Part shown: piece by piece, positions 48,202 through 61,136 of the stretch | Layout of the letters: every line of letters begins with the position of its first letter | How positions within the stretch are numbered: the stretch's first letter is position 1 | Source of the DNA: Vezdaea acicularis | Lineage: Eukaryota | Assembly (NCBI GenBank): GCA_026025075.1 | Contig: JAPEUI010000024.1 | Location: 124,001-188,000 of the forward strand | Direction: 5' to 3' | DNA: 64,000 nt | The notes under the pieces: generated by a model | Databases searched by the model: none | Told to the model about the DNA's origin: nothing | What the model saw: the letters and a program-made list of their open reading frames with translations, nothing else | Translations under genes and position numbers: made by a program

Positions 48202-50026
48202 ATGGCAGCTAACAGAAAGATCAAGACGTATGGGTGGAAGCAAGGAAAAAAATTCGGAGAATTCCTCGGGAACGATAACAATGCTACTCCCTCAATCAGA
48301 TCCGAGATTGAGCTCGATGTGGTCGTTCGCAAAGATGGTCCACTGCCAGCGATTACTGCACCTAAGCCAATCTACACCAGGGAACGTGGAGAAATGAATG
48401 GTTTCGATATGGTCGCACGCCGGAATGCCCTGCTACCGCCACTTCCAATAGGTGATACGGATGAAACTGAAGAAGATGGCGATATCGACAATCTCACAGA
48501 AGATCTAGCGGCTAAAATCCATCTGGGAGGCTTTTCGAAGGCTATAAGTACACCGAAGAAGAAAACTCTAGGTCCCTTGCAAGAGAGAAGCCTTAACTCC
48601 GGAGTCAACCCAAGGCTTAGTACAGCTATCCCGCAGAGCTGCTCAACAAAAAACAATGACTCTCCACAACCCAGTATATTGGAAGAATACTTGGGTGAAC
48701 TCTTACGGCTTGCTGGCTCTGCTTCAGTCATACAGTTCGAAGAGTTCTCAAACTATTTTTCTACCAGAAGCGGAGAACTACGGAAGATTGCTGATGGCTC
48801 GTATGGTGATGTCTTTGGATTATTCGAAGCAGCCGAGACGACAGAAACGTCAGGATACTTTGAAGATCCTCAAGCACCAACGGCAGTCTTTAAACTTCTC
48901 CCTCTGGCGCCGTGCAACTATGGTCAGAATCCTTCTAAGAGAAAAGCGAAGAAAGCAGCAAAGCTTAGCTATAATACGACTCCAGTACTGAACATGGTCG
49001 CAGAGCTGTCCATATTAAAAGTAATGGCAAACATCCCAGGCTTTGTCGGATATCGAAAATCTATTATGCTACATGGACCCCCTACCGGAATAGTTATGGA
49101 TGCACTCAAGGAATTTGAAAAGTCGAGGAAATCGCCAGAACCCCGAAAGCGTGCGACCAAATACGATCCTCAGCAGCTCTGGGCCTTTATCGAAATGGAT
49201 TACGCAGGAACCGAGTTAGAAGAATATCCTATCAACAATCCCTTGGAAGCGCGTGACGTGTTCTGGGGTGTTTGTGGGCCATTGGCCAAAGCAGAGGAGC
49301 GTGCTCACTTCGAGGTACTTTGGCCTTATCTTAGATCTTAGATACTCCACTTGCTTTGGTTGCTGACTATGAGCTATAGCATCGCGACCTGCATGTCAGC
49401 AATATCTGCGTTCAGAAAACCTCACCTGCCAATGCAGTAAACTCCGCTCCGCTCAATAAAGGTCGGCTGAAGCTTCATTGTCCAATCGGTCTATCAGGGC
49501 TAGAAATCACCCTCATTGATTACACGCTGTCGAGGTGTACCATTGCGAGAACTCGTAGAACAACCGAGCGAGTATTCTACAACGATCTCGATCAAGACCT
49601 CGCATTATTCCAAAATGAGGATCCAGAAACACCGGGAAACCGCCATCTTGCCGTATATTCAAAGTGAGTTATTCGAGGCAAAATTCACATTATGGCACTA
49701 AAATCTGATATAGAATGCGCGATTCTATCTTCTTCGAGGGCGAAGAACGCACTATCCAATCGAAGCCTGCTCCGCCTGGAAGGTCTTGGAGAAATTACCA
49801 TCCTCACACAAACGTGTTGTGGCTCCGCTACCTAATAGAGGTCCTATTTGAGAAACTGCAATGGGACAGAACTCAAAGGAAATATGAGGATTTCTGTCCA
49901 CAGCAGATGATTCTTACCCATAAAGCATACTACTGGCTCGAGCGGATTCACGAGTTTACCTTTGACGAGAAGTGTAGAAGCGCCGGAGACATACTCAGAA
50001 TGTCGCTCAGGATGCATTGGGTGTGA
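48202..50026 (+). CDS. HASPIN: Haspin-family atypical Ser/Thr kinase
   Basis: Exons 48202-49314, 49380-49663, 49714-50026. KIADGSYGDVF, FE|HRDLHVSNICV, haspin-specific IDYTLSR, W..YHPHTNVLWLRYL and an N-terminal KTYG motif. Confidence 0.92.
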
Positions 50027-50384
50027 ACGAAAGGCATCAGCATGGAGTTGGGGACCCGCTCTAGGATATGCAAATGGCAGCAAACAGCATTTTTGAGGTG
50101 GCAGAGACTAGTGAGCCGTCTATTAAGCTGCAAAACATACTTGCACCGCATGCAATTGCGATCATGTTACGCGGTCGCGGCTTCTCTCATTAAATTGGGT
50201 GAAGTTGGCGGCCTCCCTTCTAGGGTGGTTGATTGGCGCAGCTTTGCTTTTTGGCGTGGCTTTAGCGGCCCGCAAGCTGCGGCATAATCCTTGTAAACTT
50301 CAGTACCCGCGCATGTTACATGACAGATGGAAATGCAGCAAACCTTCATCATCTCAACTATAGTTCTGAATGTGATCGAGTGAA

Positions 50385-51865
50385 ATGGAGCGCCTACTGA
50401 GCTTCTTCAGGCCAAGTGAGCCGCAACAGTTCTACGAGCCTCTGGAAGGAGGCTCTATTAATGAGGATGGGGAAGTGATCAAGGAGGATGCGAAGCCCCC
50501 ATTCTCGTGGCTTGAATACGGTATATTCTTCCTACTTGGCATATCTATGCTCTGGGCATGGTGAGTTTAAGTGCTATAGGAAAGGCGTATGATTATAGAT
50601 ATCCTGCTTATCGAAAATACCTGTATAGGAACATGTTTATGGCGGCTGGCCCATACTTTCAACGACGCTTTAGACATAATGATTGGATCCTAGCACACTT
50701 CCAATCATCCATACTCTCTGTGTCAACTAGCGCCAATCTTGCAGCGGTCTTGATCTTTGCGAAGCTTAACGCCAAAGCCTCTTATCCAAAGCGGATAATC
50801 TGCTCTTTCGTTTTCAACATCGTCACCTTTACATTACTAGCACTCTCAGCCGTCTCCTTTGAGGGTATCTCTAGCGGTGGATATTTTGGCTTCGTCCTAC
50901 TCATGGTTCTTTCCACGAGCTTTGCAACAGGCATAAACCAGAATGGAGTGTTTTCATTCGTTTCCAACTTTGAAAGGGGGGAGTACATGCAAGCTATCAT
51001 GACCGGGCAAGCCATCGCCGGAGTGTTACCGTGCATTGCTCGTAAGGCTCTCTGAAACGAAGAACTAAAGGAGCTCGACTCTAAAATTTGAACAGAAATA
51101 GTGACCGTTCTCTCAATCGGGCCAGAGAATGACACAGAACACAAGACTCCTGGAGAAGGGGAGTCCTCGAAGTCAGCCTTTTCGTACTTCTTGACAGCTA
51201 CAGTTATTGCCGCTGTCGCTCTGCTCGCATTCTTCTATCTACTCCGCCAGCATTACCGGCGAAATGTAGCTAAAAGAGTCACGACTGGGACCGGAAGCGC
51301 TCAGGATGCTGCTGATTCCCATAAGAAAGCAGTAGGACTATGGACACTACTTAAGAAGCTGCGCTGGCTTGCCGCTTCAGTTTTCCTATGCTTCGGAATT
51401 ACGATGTTCTTTCCTGTCTTCACCCAAGAGATATTGAGCGTCCAGCCCGACGCTGATAAAGCAGCTCTATTCCAACCTGCAGCTTTCATACCATTAGCTC
51501 TCTTGTTTTGGAATGCTGGTGACCTTATCGGCCGACTTCTCACTATCGTACCCCAACTGGTGATGATTACTCGACCCAAGTTCCTCTTCGCCGTCTCTGT
51601 TGCGCGAATTCTGTTCATTCCCTTATATCTGCTGTGTAACAGAGGCGGTAGAGGAGCTACAGTCAATAGCGACTTTTTCTATCTAATTATCGTGCAACTA
51701 GGATTTGGCGTCACAAACGGATGGCTTGGGAGTAATTGCATGATGGGCTCCTCCCTTTACGTGGACGACGATGAGCGAGAGGCTGCAGGTGGGTTCATGG
51801 GTCTCGCACTGTGTTCCGGCCTGGCTGCCGGAAGTCTTTTGAGCTTTTTAGCTGCATCTTCATGA
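50385..51865 (+). CDS. FUN26: Equilibrative nucleoside transporter (ENT/Fun26 family)
   Basis: Exons 50385-50560, 50629-51041, 51096-51865. FFLLGISMLWAW|NMFMAA, QAIMTGQAIAGVLP, WNAGDLIGR, FGVTNGW and EREAAGGFMGL, with multiple TM segments. Confidence 0.92.
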
Positions 51866-52270
51866 GGATGAATCACACAGGCAAGGCCATATGAGGGGCG
51901 TTCGGAGTGGGCTTATAAACGAAATCTCGTCCAGGGAACTAGAAGAGCAGGATGTCTGCCATATCGCATTTCCGAAGGTCTGGGGAATTTAGTAGACTTT
52001 CTGATTGCAGGGCTCACTGGCATGCGTGGATTTGATAGTGACTATCGCTACTGAAGAGAATTATTTTTCTGGCTGCAGAGTAAGGGTAACTACAGTTAAA
52101 GCAATTGCAGACTCGTGGTTTGAAGCAATTCCATCCACGGTACCCATCATTTATCCCGACATGCTGAGAGCCGATCGACGTGGCTCTGGGAAAATTTAAT
52201 CTCTGCACGAACGCCTCAATGCAAGAGAAGAGGCCTGCCTCCTGAAGAACTCAGATGAAACGAGCGGCGC

Positions 52271-53180
52271 TCACTTCTGCATCATTAGCTGTACAAACTC
52301 GTTGTCTGTGGGTGTCATTAGCAAATTAGCAGCCCGAGTCGAGTTATCATCTTCTCACAATCGATTCTCCCGTCACCATCCTGATCGGCTTCCCGAATCA
52401 TCTCCGCAACTTCGTCGTCGGTTAGCTTCTCGCCGATAGAAGTCATGACGTGGCGCAATTCAGCCGCAGAGATAAACCCGTTATTGTCGCGATCGAACAC
52501 CTTGAAGGCTTCACGAATCTCCTCTTCGGAATCAGTATCCTTCATCTTACGCGCCATCATCGTCAAGAATTCTGGAAAGTCAATAGTCCCATTGTTATCG
52601 GCATCGACCTCGTTGATCATGTCTTGGAGCTCCGACTCGCTAGGATTTTGGCCAAGGGAGCGCATTACGGTACCTAGCTCCTTCGTTGTGATTTGACCTA
52701 CGTAGCGGAGGCTGTCAGTTGGGACCCTTGTATTCTAGCGCAAATCTAGCCAAGATATGTTCGTGGTATTCTTAGAAGATGACTGGCATCAGAAGCAATT
52801 TCGCAGTGATGGTCTTGATTGCTGATACTCCAAGGACGAGTGCCTAAGATTGGAAGAGAAGAGTCCGCTAGAGCCACTTGATGCGAAGAGAAGCAAATAT
52901 AAATACTGACCGTCGCCATCTTTGTCCTGAGCGAAGAAAGATATCAGCGGTTCTGCGTGAAGGCGTGGGGATCCGCAAAGGCTAGGTTTGTTCGAGGGTC
53001 GAATCACTTACGAAGAGGGAGAAAGCCTCTTTGAACTCGGACACTTGCTCCTCAGTCAGGGTATCCTACAAAAATACAAATAGCAAATAGGTTAGCTGTG
53101 CTGTCTTGTGTCTACTACAAGGTTTCGCAGGCGACAAGAGGTATGAAGTGGGGGAGGTTTGCGGGGTTCCAGCTAACCAT
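52271..53180 (-). CDS. CMD1: Calmodulin
   Basis: Exons ATG (53180-53178), 53065-53012, 52926-52911, 52697-52359, 52305-52271. Four EF-hands: [48 protein letters not shown]. Confidence 0.98.
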
Positions 53181-53595
53181 AGTAGACTCAATCGTGCCGG
53201 TAAAGTTGAGACTCAGGTTAGATCAACAGTACGATTTCTCTACAGGAGACGAGATGGTGTGGAGATAATAGGGAGAAAAGTGTAGGGTTGATTGTGTGCT
53301 GTGTGCGAATGGGAAGGGAGCTGAGAAAGCTTGATGAGGCAGACTAGGTGGGCAGCTCGTCTGCGCTGACAACATCCCCGTCTTCCCCATTCGGCTTATT
53401 TAGTTAGCTATTAAAAATGCTCGCTAATTACCTGATGTGGCAATCGGTAATTAATTCGCGGCCCGACGGTCGTCTTCCGAGCTTTGTACAAATGTAGCTC
53501 GAATCAACAGCTTGCAAATGGTTTCCAGGTAGCACTCCAGTCGCAACAGTAGGAGTACAGTGCGTGAATCTCGGGACCGCTCCGGGTTTCAAGGC

Positions 53596-54960
53596 ATGTG
53601 GCGCGATCGTACGAATCTGTAAATGCGCCGTTGACCCTATGTCCCAGCATGTCACTAACTTCTCGATAGCTACATCTCCTACCGTCAGTCTTATGCGCAT
53701 CATCCAGCCAAAAGAGCTCGTATCGGAGGAAACAGTTCAAATGGCTTCGCAGCTAGCGGGTCGTTGTCGGAGGAGCGACAAGGGCTTATGTCTGCGGGTG
53801 CCTTTGAAGACGACGGAGATGCAGTCATCGAGATGGACCTCCTGCCACCCCGATGGGTAGACGTCAGTGAAGAGGTTACCGAGCTCCTTACACAAATTAC
53901 AAGAAAGTCCGCCAAGCTTGACAAACTACATTCAAAACATGTTCTCCCTGGATTTGACGATGAGGACGTGCGTAGGGAAGAGGAGGGAGAGATTGAAAGG
54001 CTTACACAGGAGATCACAAGGGGCTTCCACGCCTGTCAGAAAGCTATCCAGAAAATAGAGAAGATGGTTCGCGAGTCCAGACAACAAGGAGGCGTAAGCA
54101 AAGGTGAAGAGATGATGGCTAGAAACATTCAAATATCCTTAGCTGGGCGAGTACAGGAAGCGAGTGCTAGCTTTCGGAAGAAGCAAAGCACCTATCTAAA
54201 AAGTAAGGGAAGAGGCTTCATCTATAAGGTAGACATAGCTAACTTGTATCAAAGAATTACGTGGGCTGGGAGGAATGACGCCGCCACTGGATCGGGCCGG
54301 AACTCCCCTTCAGAACCCCTACTCAGACCCGTCAATGATGGAATCTGACGCAGACAAATCATACTCTCAGTCAACAATACAGCAGACCTCACAAAAGCAG
54401 CTTACAAGCAACGATGCGGCAATCATGCAACGAGAACGAGAGATTATGGATATTGCGAAAGGTATCATAGAATTAGCAGATATCTTTAAAGATTTACAAG
54501 CAATGGTAATCGATCAGGGCACCATGTTAGATCGCATTGACTACAATGTGGAAAGGATGGCAGTAGATGTGAAGGGCGCAGAAAAGGAGCTCGTGGTGGT
54601 GAGTACTGCAGCTCCCTAGTCGACTTTTCAGCTGTAGCTAACTTTTCTAAGGCATCGGGATACCAGAGACGTACGACAAAGCGGAAGATCATGCTGTTAC
54701 TTCTCTTACTCGTGGTTGGAATGTTCATTCTCCTCCTCGTTAAGCCTAAACGTCACACATCTCCTGCACCATTACCTGCGCTTGTGGGAGGTTCAGAGGT
54801 GTCGACAGAAGCAAGTGGAGACGTGACGGGCTCATCTGGTGACTGGGATGCTGGAGAAGGCGCCCCTGGAATATTCGGAGATGGTTCAGCTACGTCAAAT
54901 AGACGTGGGTGGCATAGGAAGAGACGGAGGAGAATAGGGGTCTTCAAACGTCCTGAATGA
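53596..54960 (+). CDS. TLG2: Qa-SNARE Tlg2 / syntaxin-16
   Basis: Exons about 53596-53618, 53670-54202, 54255-54598, 54652-54960. N-peptide MWRDRTNLYISYRQS, LLPPRWVD, SNARE motif IDQGTMLDRIDYNVE and a C-terminal TM. Confidence 0.95.
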
Positions 54961-55307
54961 AGCGACGGCAAATTACAATTCTTAGAGCGACCCGGACAGA
55001 TCGTTGGAGCGTCCGGAACAATAATTGATAATTTCATGGACATATTGTGAGCAAAGTTCCTCCTGCCTTTAACTTGAACTCTAGAGTCCCGACAAACGGT
55101 GAAGGATGAAGCGTGCACGGATGAGTTCTTTTTCCTCCTGACGGGCGGAGATCCCCGCTTAACAAGCTCGTACCATTTCCACGGCATCCCATTTTATGTT
55201 AAAGCAATGCCCCTGTAATTGCACCCAAGACCCAACTCTCATGTGCAACTTCATGTTAAGGCGTCCAGGCGCGTCAAAGAGATTTTCGTGTCAACACCTC
55301 TCACGCG

Positions 55308-56003
55308 ATGGCCCTTCATCGTTATCTACCACGACCATTGGTCGTCTTAATATATGCTATGCTCACAGTGTTCACCTCTAGGGCTATAGCTCATCGTAAC
55401 TTAATTCCAGGTCCTCAAGCGGCTGTATTGGAGAATAAGAGAACCTTGGATGATGCTCCAGATAAGATCCTCAATACCCGAGTAATCGCCAACCTAGATC
55501 CCCGGGGAAGGGTGATCTGTAACGATCAAGTACCTAATTGGATCTTTACATTCCCAGAATCAAGAAGCAGGCAATACAAAAATGCACAGCAACTTTGTGC
55601 CTCTGCTGTTTGGGGTGGCCTAGCAGATGCTAACCTAGGTGCTACTTGCCAATACAATCTTCCAGAGCCAAAGGTCGTGTTTGATTGGAGGGCTGGGAAC
55701 GCACTACTTCAGATGGACTATCACCTTCAATTATTCTGTTCTGAGAATTGTCGATGCGTAGATGGACGCAAACCCAACAGACCGAAGATTCCCTCAATCC
55801 TCACGGATCATCTAATCCGCATAGGCCACTCCATTGGTCGTTTTTGTCGACCACCTTCACATTACGGAGACAAGACTTGCTTCTCAAGTACAGATGTGAG
55901 CTCTGCATTCGACGATACCCCATTTGAATATCAATCTTGCCTAGCACAGGGGCGATGTTCAGTTTTCAATTGCGGGCATAGCAGGCGTTCCAGGTGTAAT
56001 TGA
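55308..56003 (+). CDS. Secreted Cys-rich hypothetical protein (effector-like)
   Basis: 231-aa ORF with a hydrophobic signal peptide, a KR (Kex2-like) site after residue 45, and 12 Cys including CSENCRC. The 3' end could be extended by splicing. Confidence 0.7.
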   Translation: MALHRYLPRPLVVLIYAMLTVFTSRAIAHRNLIPGPQAAVLENKRTLDDAPDKILNTRVIANLDPRGRVICNDQVPNWIFTFPESRSRQYKNAQQLCASAVWGGLADANLGATCQYNLPEPKVVFDWRAGNALLQMDYHLQLFCSENCRCVDGRKPNRPKIPSILTDHLIRIGHSIGRFCRPPSHYGDKTCFSSTDVSSAFDDTPFEYQSCLAQGRCSVFNCGHSRRSRCN

Positions 56004-57568
56004 GTTGCGCGCCTCGCAGCCACTGGCAGTCGGTATATATAGTTCTATGGCCTTTGGACGGAAAGAACGACGTCCAGGCTAAGCGGAAGTGACGTCTCTG
56101 TCGAGTATTTACCTTGTCCTGGCAACGGGATGTACGTAAGTTAAGCATGCTACAGGTCAGAACAGGAGATAGTATGGGAAAGCCCGGATACCAAAGTCGG
56201 GGAACTACTGCCTAGTAACTAGTAGAGTATGTTCTGACAGAAGAGAGACCTCATCTGGTATAAGAGATGGGAATCACGAATTGTATTATCCACTTGATTT
56301 TAATTTGCTCCCTTACTGCAATCTCCTACTTCTTTAACGTCCTCAAATAGACTTTGTAAGCCTTCACTCACATTCGCAAAGCCCTAGCATACCCCTCGAC
56401 CGTCTCATACTTCTTAGTCAATGAAAATGGAACTGGTATAAACTAGTGAACGGTCTGGACATTTCAAGGTACCGGGACAAGCGAAGAGTAGACTAGATAC
56501 GTCTACAGTGGGGGGCCGTAAGTGTTGTACGAGTACAACACTTACGACACCCCCCACTGTAGTACGCTTCTCTTCCGTTACGATAAATTCTCACATACTT
56601 CGCAGAAGCCCGCTCAAGATTTTCATGATAAACAGCAATACTTGCTACATTTCTAGTTCGGATAGCTTGAGCTTGCTTATACTTCTCCAGGGCGCTGGTG
56701 CCGACTGCGAGAAGCTCCTTGGATCATGTCACTAAGCACTCAATTCGGCGTACAGGGCGTGTACCTTCTGTGCAATCCTTTCGAGATCTGGAAGCACTGG
56801 AAGTCTGCCCATCTAAGCTGTAGCGCTTGGCCGCGGAATCGAAGCAAGTTTCCTAGCTCCTTCGTCCTGGTGGCATGCACCGTGGGCCATTGTTCCATGT
56901 TGAAGTAGCTTGTTATTTGACTAGGTCACCGTGTAGTTGCCACAATTTAGCTATAATTAGACTTAGATTTAGACTGATTGCTCCATTCATTGGAGCATGA
57001 AATCTGTATTGCTGGAACATGTTAGGTGATAGCTTGAGTTTACAGATGTTTCATTCTACATGTTGGCATGGCATATGCTTCGAACTAGAAGTAATGTGAC
57101 TTGTGTTCCTTACATCAACAAGTCATCCTGAAAGTGAAGGCTGCGTACCCATTCAAGTACATCAATTGTTTTGTATACATATTACAGCGGATAGGATACA
57201 CAATGCACTGTGCCAAGCTCCCTGAAGATCGAACGAACAACGCAGCTGGTACACCTGCACATCAGGCCCAAGACGATTATTGCTTTCTTGGCATTGGTTG
57301 ACATACGAAGGAGGATGGCCTTGGCGTTTCACCCGACGATCCAAAATGTTTGTCCCCTTAAGCCATAACTTTGAAGGTCTGTGAGTCTTCAGTAATTGTG
57401 CATTTCTGTTAGAAAGGCAAGTTGCATGGAGTGACCGCGCCGCGCAAAGACCTCAGCGTCCAACTCCCTCCTCCTGTTGGAGACATGCAAGGCAGCGGCC
57501 GGTGTCTGACTGAGATCATCCAATAGAAGAGACATTTCATTGGCGTAGTTAAGTGTCTCTCTACCAGA

Positions 57569-59096
57569 CTATTCGTAACCACCACTCTCCTGTCTCAGCA
57601 GCTCTGCAACGTCGTCATCCAGCCCTTCCATTGCATTTCCTCCCGCGAAACCAGCAAATTCTTCATCTTGATTGAGTTTTCTCCTCTTAGTATTGAGACC
57701 ATTGACGGGGCTGCCAGATGTTGGGCGGACTTGAGGCAGAGAAAGGCTTGAGAGTAGATCGAACCCAGGAATTGGCATGGGTGGGTGAGAGGCGATTGAC
57801 TGGTCAGCATGCTCTGGTTGAGATGTATTCAGCCTCACTTCTTCCACATGATTAGCAGCCTCTGGTAGCGGCGAACCCGTGGGTGTCAACGCCTCGATCT
57901 CAGGGCTTAGGGGCTCTACTTTAGGCCGTTCAGGATCTGCAGAAGCCCCAGTATCCAGGCTCGATTCAGCGGCTCCGTCAACGCTAGAAGTAGTGCCACT
58001 CTCCTTGCCTCCATCACCAGTCATTTCTCGCAAGAGTTCGTCTTCAATCTTTTGTTTCTTCAATTCTATGGCAGCTTTTCGTTCCTTGAGCTGACCATGC
58101 TGCTTCTTCTCCTCCTCGACGGCTTTCTGATTTGTTTCAAGGATCTTTTCCAGGCCCTCAATGAGGAGGCTTCTCGCATTGATGCTCTCTGTCACCGCAA
58201 GTTCTGCTTGAGCAAGTGACTTGAGCAAGCCACCAAGTTGAGCAGACTGACGAGGAGCACTTGTCTCCGGCGCATTAGGGTCAGTGAGTGTATCGTAGTC
58301 AGTGTCTGCAGCCTTTATCGCGCCCTTTAGCAAAGACGTTTTCTTTGTTACTGAGCTTTGGAGGCCTATCAGAGGTTGTATCTCAGCTGGTGCGGTCTGA
58401 CCCGTGGAAGCAGACAAGAAAGATCCTCCTGTGGATGACAATTTCCCTCCTCCCTTGCTCTTATCGACATCTATATAAGATCAGCACAGAGATGTTCATG
58501 GGGCCATTCTATTGGTACCGTTTATTCGCGTTTCGACTGCTGTCTGGATTGGTGCTTCGAATATTGACCGCTGTCTCCAGACCTCCACTACGCGCCTGAG
58601 CTTCTGCTGAACTTCATGGTTTGCCCCTTTGTAAGCTATAGCAGTCGCTTCGGCTATGATCTATATTCTCATGAGCTCTGGAAAACAGATACAGCAGTAG
58701 TGTGAGTGCTGGAGCTTACAGGAGAGAAAGCAGTTGGGAAGTCCTCCTTACGACGGGCTCTAGACTGTTGCACAATGTCTACATATACTGTTAGCAGGTA
58801 GATGATATAAGCGCTCTAGAACATGGACACCAACCGTTTGCAAGATATATAAGGTTCAGCCTTTTGTTACTGCCCGAGTCCTTTAGACGTTGGAACCATA
58901 ATTGCACGGTGTGATCGGCATGTCTCCTATATTACCAACTTTATTAGTCCGACTGCCTAGGAAGGCTCTCTTCCATATGGCACCTTGGGAACCCTTACCT
59001 GTGGAACATAACCCATTGAGCCGTGGTAACGATGCTCTCTTGCGTTTCATTGAGTGCAGAGAGCTTTGCGCGAACAGAATCGTCCGTATACGCCAT
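57569..59096 (-). CDS. RTT103: RNA Pol II CTD-interacting domain protein Rtt103/RPRD1
   Basis: Five exons: MAYTDDSVRAKLSALNETQESIVTTAQWVMFHR|RHA..RLNLIYLAN|DIVQQSR..|..KLRRVVEVWRQRSIF, then a coiled-coil and low-complexity C-terminal exon ending at 57569. Confidence 0.92.
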
Positions 59097-59903
59097 TTTC
59101 TACGTGCAGATCTCTTTACGTCTTTTGGAACACCGCAGTCTCTGGCTTGAATGGTGCTATTCTGGCTCTACAAGCGGAGTGACTTGACAAACAATCTCGC
59201 TGTGGGATGTTATTGCCCCAGCACGTGCGGCCTTTTTCCTATTTTCTAAAAACCCGCTTTTACAAAAGAACACTTGACCTAGATCATCGAAGAAAGAAGC
59301 TCGAGTAGCGCAAGTCAGATCGTATGGCGTAAAGTTAGCCGAGTGAAAACGCGGGATCCTTTTGTCCTGTCAATTTTGGTGCTTCATTGAAGGCCGGCTT
59401 CCACACCCAAGACCGGACCAAGCTCACATTCGAATCAGCTACGAATGCGTCAAATTAGTTTCTGAGATTACTGTTCTTCATACGTTGTTTCTACTCTACT
59501 AATAAACTAGTTTGTTTTCCTTGCTGACATTTTCACACCTAAATTCGAACAGCTCTAAGACCACGATCAGATGAAGTAGGGATCGCGAGGGAGGTCTTCG
59601 GAGTTGCTTTAGTGTATCGTTATTGAAAATATTCTCTGAATCAATTTTCAGAATTCTCCATGAGATGCGAACTTTTGATATGTTGTAGAGATTTAGGTCA
59701 GGGATAGATTGGCGCCCATCAACCTCATACATTTTCGTTCTCGTCTCTAGAACTTAACGCCTACCTTCGCTTAGCCTTCAAACTCCATGTTTCTTGAACT
59801 TACGTCTAAACAATCAAGTATTGAGCCTCGTTCCTTCAGAGAGAGCTCAGGTCTTCATGGTTGATAGCCAACAATCATAAATTACAGTGCTTCAATTCTC
59901 AAG

Positions 59904-60878
59904 ATGGCGGACAGATTTCCCTCCATAGAGGAGTTCTCCGCTGGTACGTATCTCCACTACTGCGAATTGCACGGTTGCCCCTACTTCACCTAGCTACTAT
60001 ATGCTCACTGATCCATTTGAAAAGGCCAAACTGAGACCAAAGGCGACTCAAACCTCAGAATAGATCCGACCCCCTCGAGTAATGACGATTTCCTCAGCCG
60101 CGAGAAAGCCGCGCTGGGAGATGACGCCGATCGCTTCGCAACACCCGCGGATAACTTCAAAGCTAAAGCTACAGTGGAAGACGACGAAGATGACCTTTTA
60201 GGAGGAGACATGTCATCAAGTGGTCCGGAGGTATCTCAGTTCGAGAGTTCCTTTCCAGCAATTGACACTCGAAATGAGGTTCGTATGAGCAATAGTCACA
60301 AACACGAAAGTGGCGGTACTGAAGGCTGACCAAAGATTGGAGGAGCATAGACTGTTGCTCCCGGTGGCAGTATCACAGGTTATAGCGACGCATACGTAAA
60401 ACGCCAACCTACACCTTCCTATGCCCCCATGGTCGAGGAGGAGGAAGAGCCTGAAGTAATCAAGTAAGTATATCGAACTGGCTTGCATTTGATGGCTCTG
60501 ATATACTCTTCCAGACAATGGCGAGAGCGTCGTGATAATGCTATACAGAAGCGTGATGAGGCGTCCGAGAACAGGAAAGCAGAAACTATCAAGGCTGCCC
60601 AACAAAATATTGACGAATTCTACGAAAACTATAATGTGAAGAAAGAAAAGTCCCTCAACACAACCCGGAAGGAAGCAGAGGAGTTCTTGGCCAGTCGCGA
60701 GGACACCGCTGCCGGGGGAACGAGCTGGGAGCGTATCGCAAAGTTGGTAGATCTTAGCGGAAAGAGTGCAAAGGGCGGAGCCAGTGGGACTGGTAAGGAG
60801 AGGTTCCGTGAGCTGTTGCTTAGCTTACGAAAAGACGAGAAGGCTCCTGGTGCCTCGGGTGTGGGAGGTGGTTATTGA
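59904..60878 (+). CDS. CLC1: Clathrin light chain
   Basis: Exons 59904-59943, 60025-60278, 60351-60463, 60515-60878. MADRFPSIEEF, DFLSREKAALGDDA, EEPEVIK|QWRERR and GTSWERIAKLVD..RFRELLLSL..APGA. Confidence 0.95.
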
Positions 60879-61136
60879 GAGTTGTATAGGGCTCAATCAT
60901 AAGCATGGCAGAATTTGCAACGCGTATTGATCTGGTTTGCACCGATATGCTAGTTGATCCTGTATCAAAGGATTGGCCGCATGCTGACATAGTAAGCCAG
61001 CTGCAACATCGCTACAATACACGGGGAATTTCTGTGCGGAATGGCACCCGATGTACAATCCCACATAAATTCAATATAAGAAGAACCACAACGCCGCTGC
61101 TTCCATTATATAATGCATTTAGAACCTCACAATTCG

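Noticed and set aside
53066..53177. Possible stwintron or micro-exon in calmodulin intron 1 (internal TTGTAG|TAGAC)
   Set aside because: Two-step splicing would put the ATG out of frame and does not restore the missing Ala. There is no second good branch site.
57490..57560. GCCGGTGTCTGACTGAGATCAT resembles the 5' half of a fungal TPP riboswitch
   Set aside because: The 3' half (GAACTTGATC..GATAATACC.GCG) is missing, and no thiamine gene or intron context is present.
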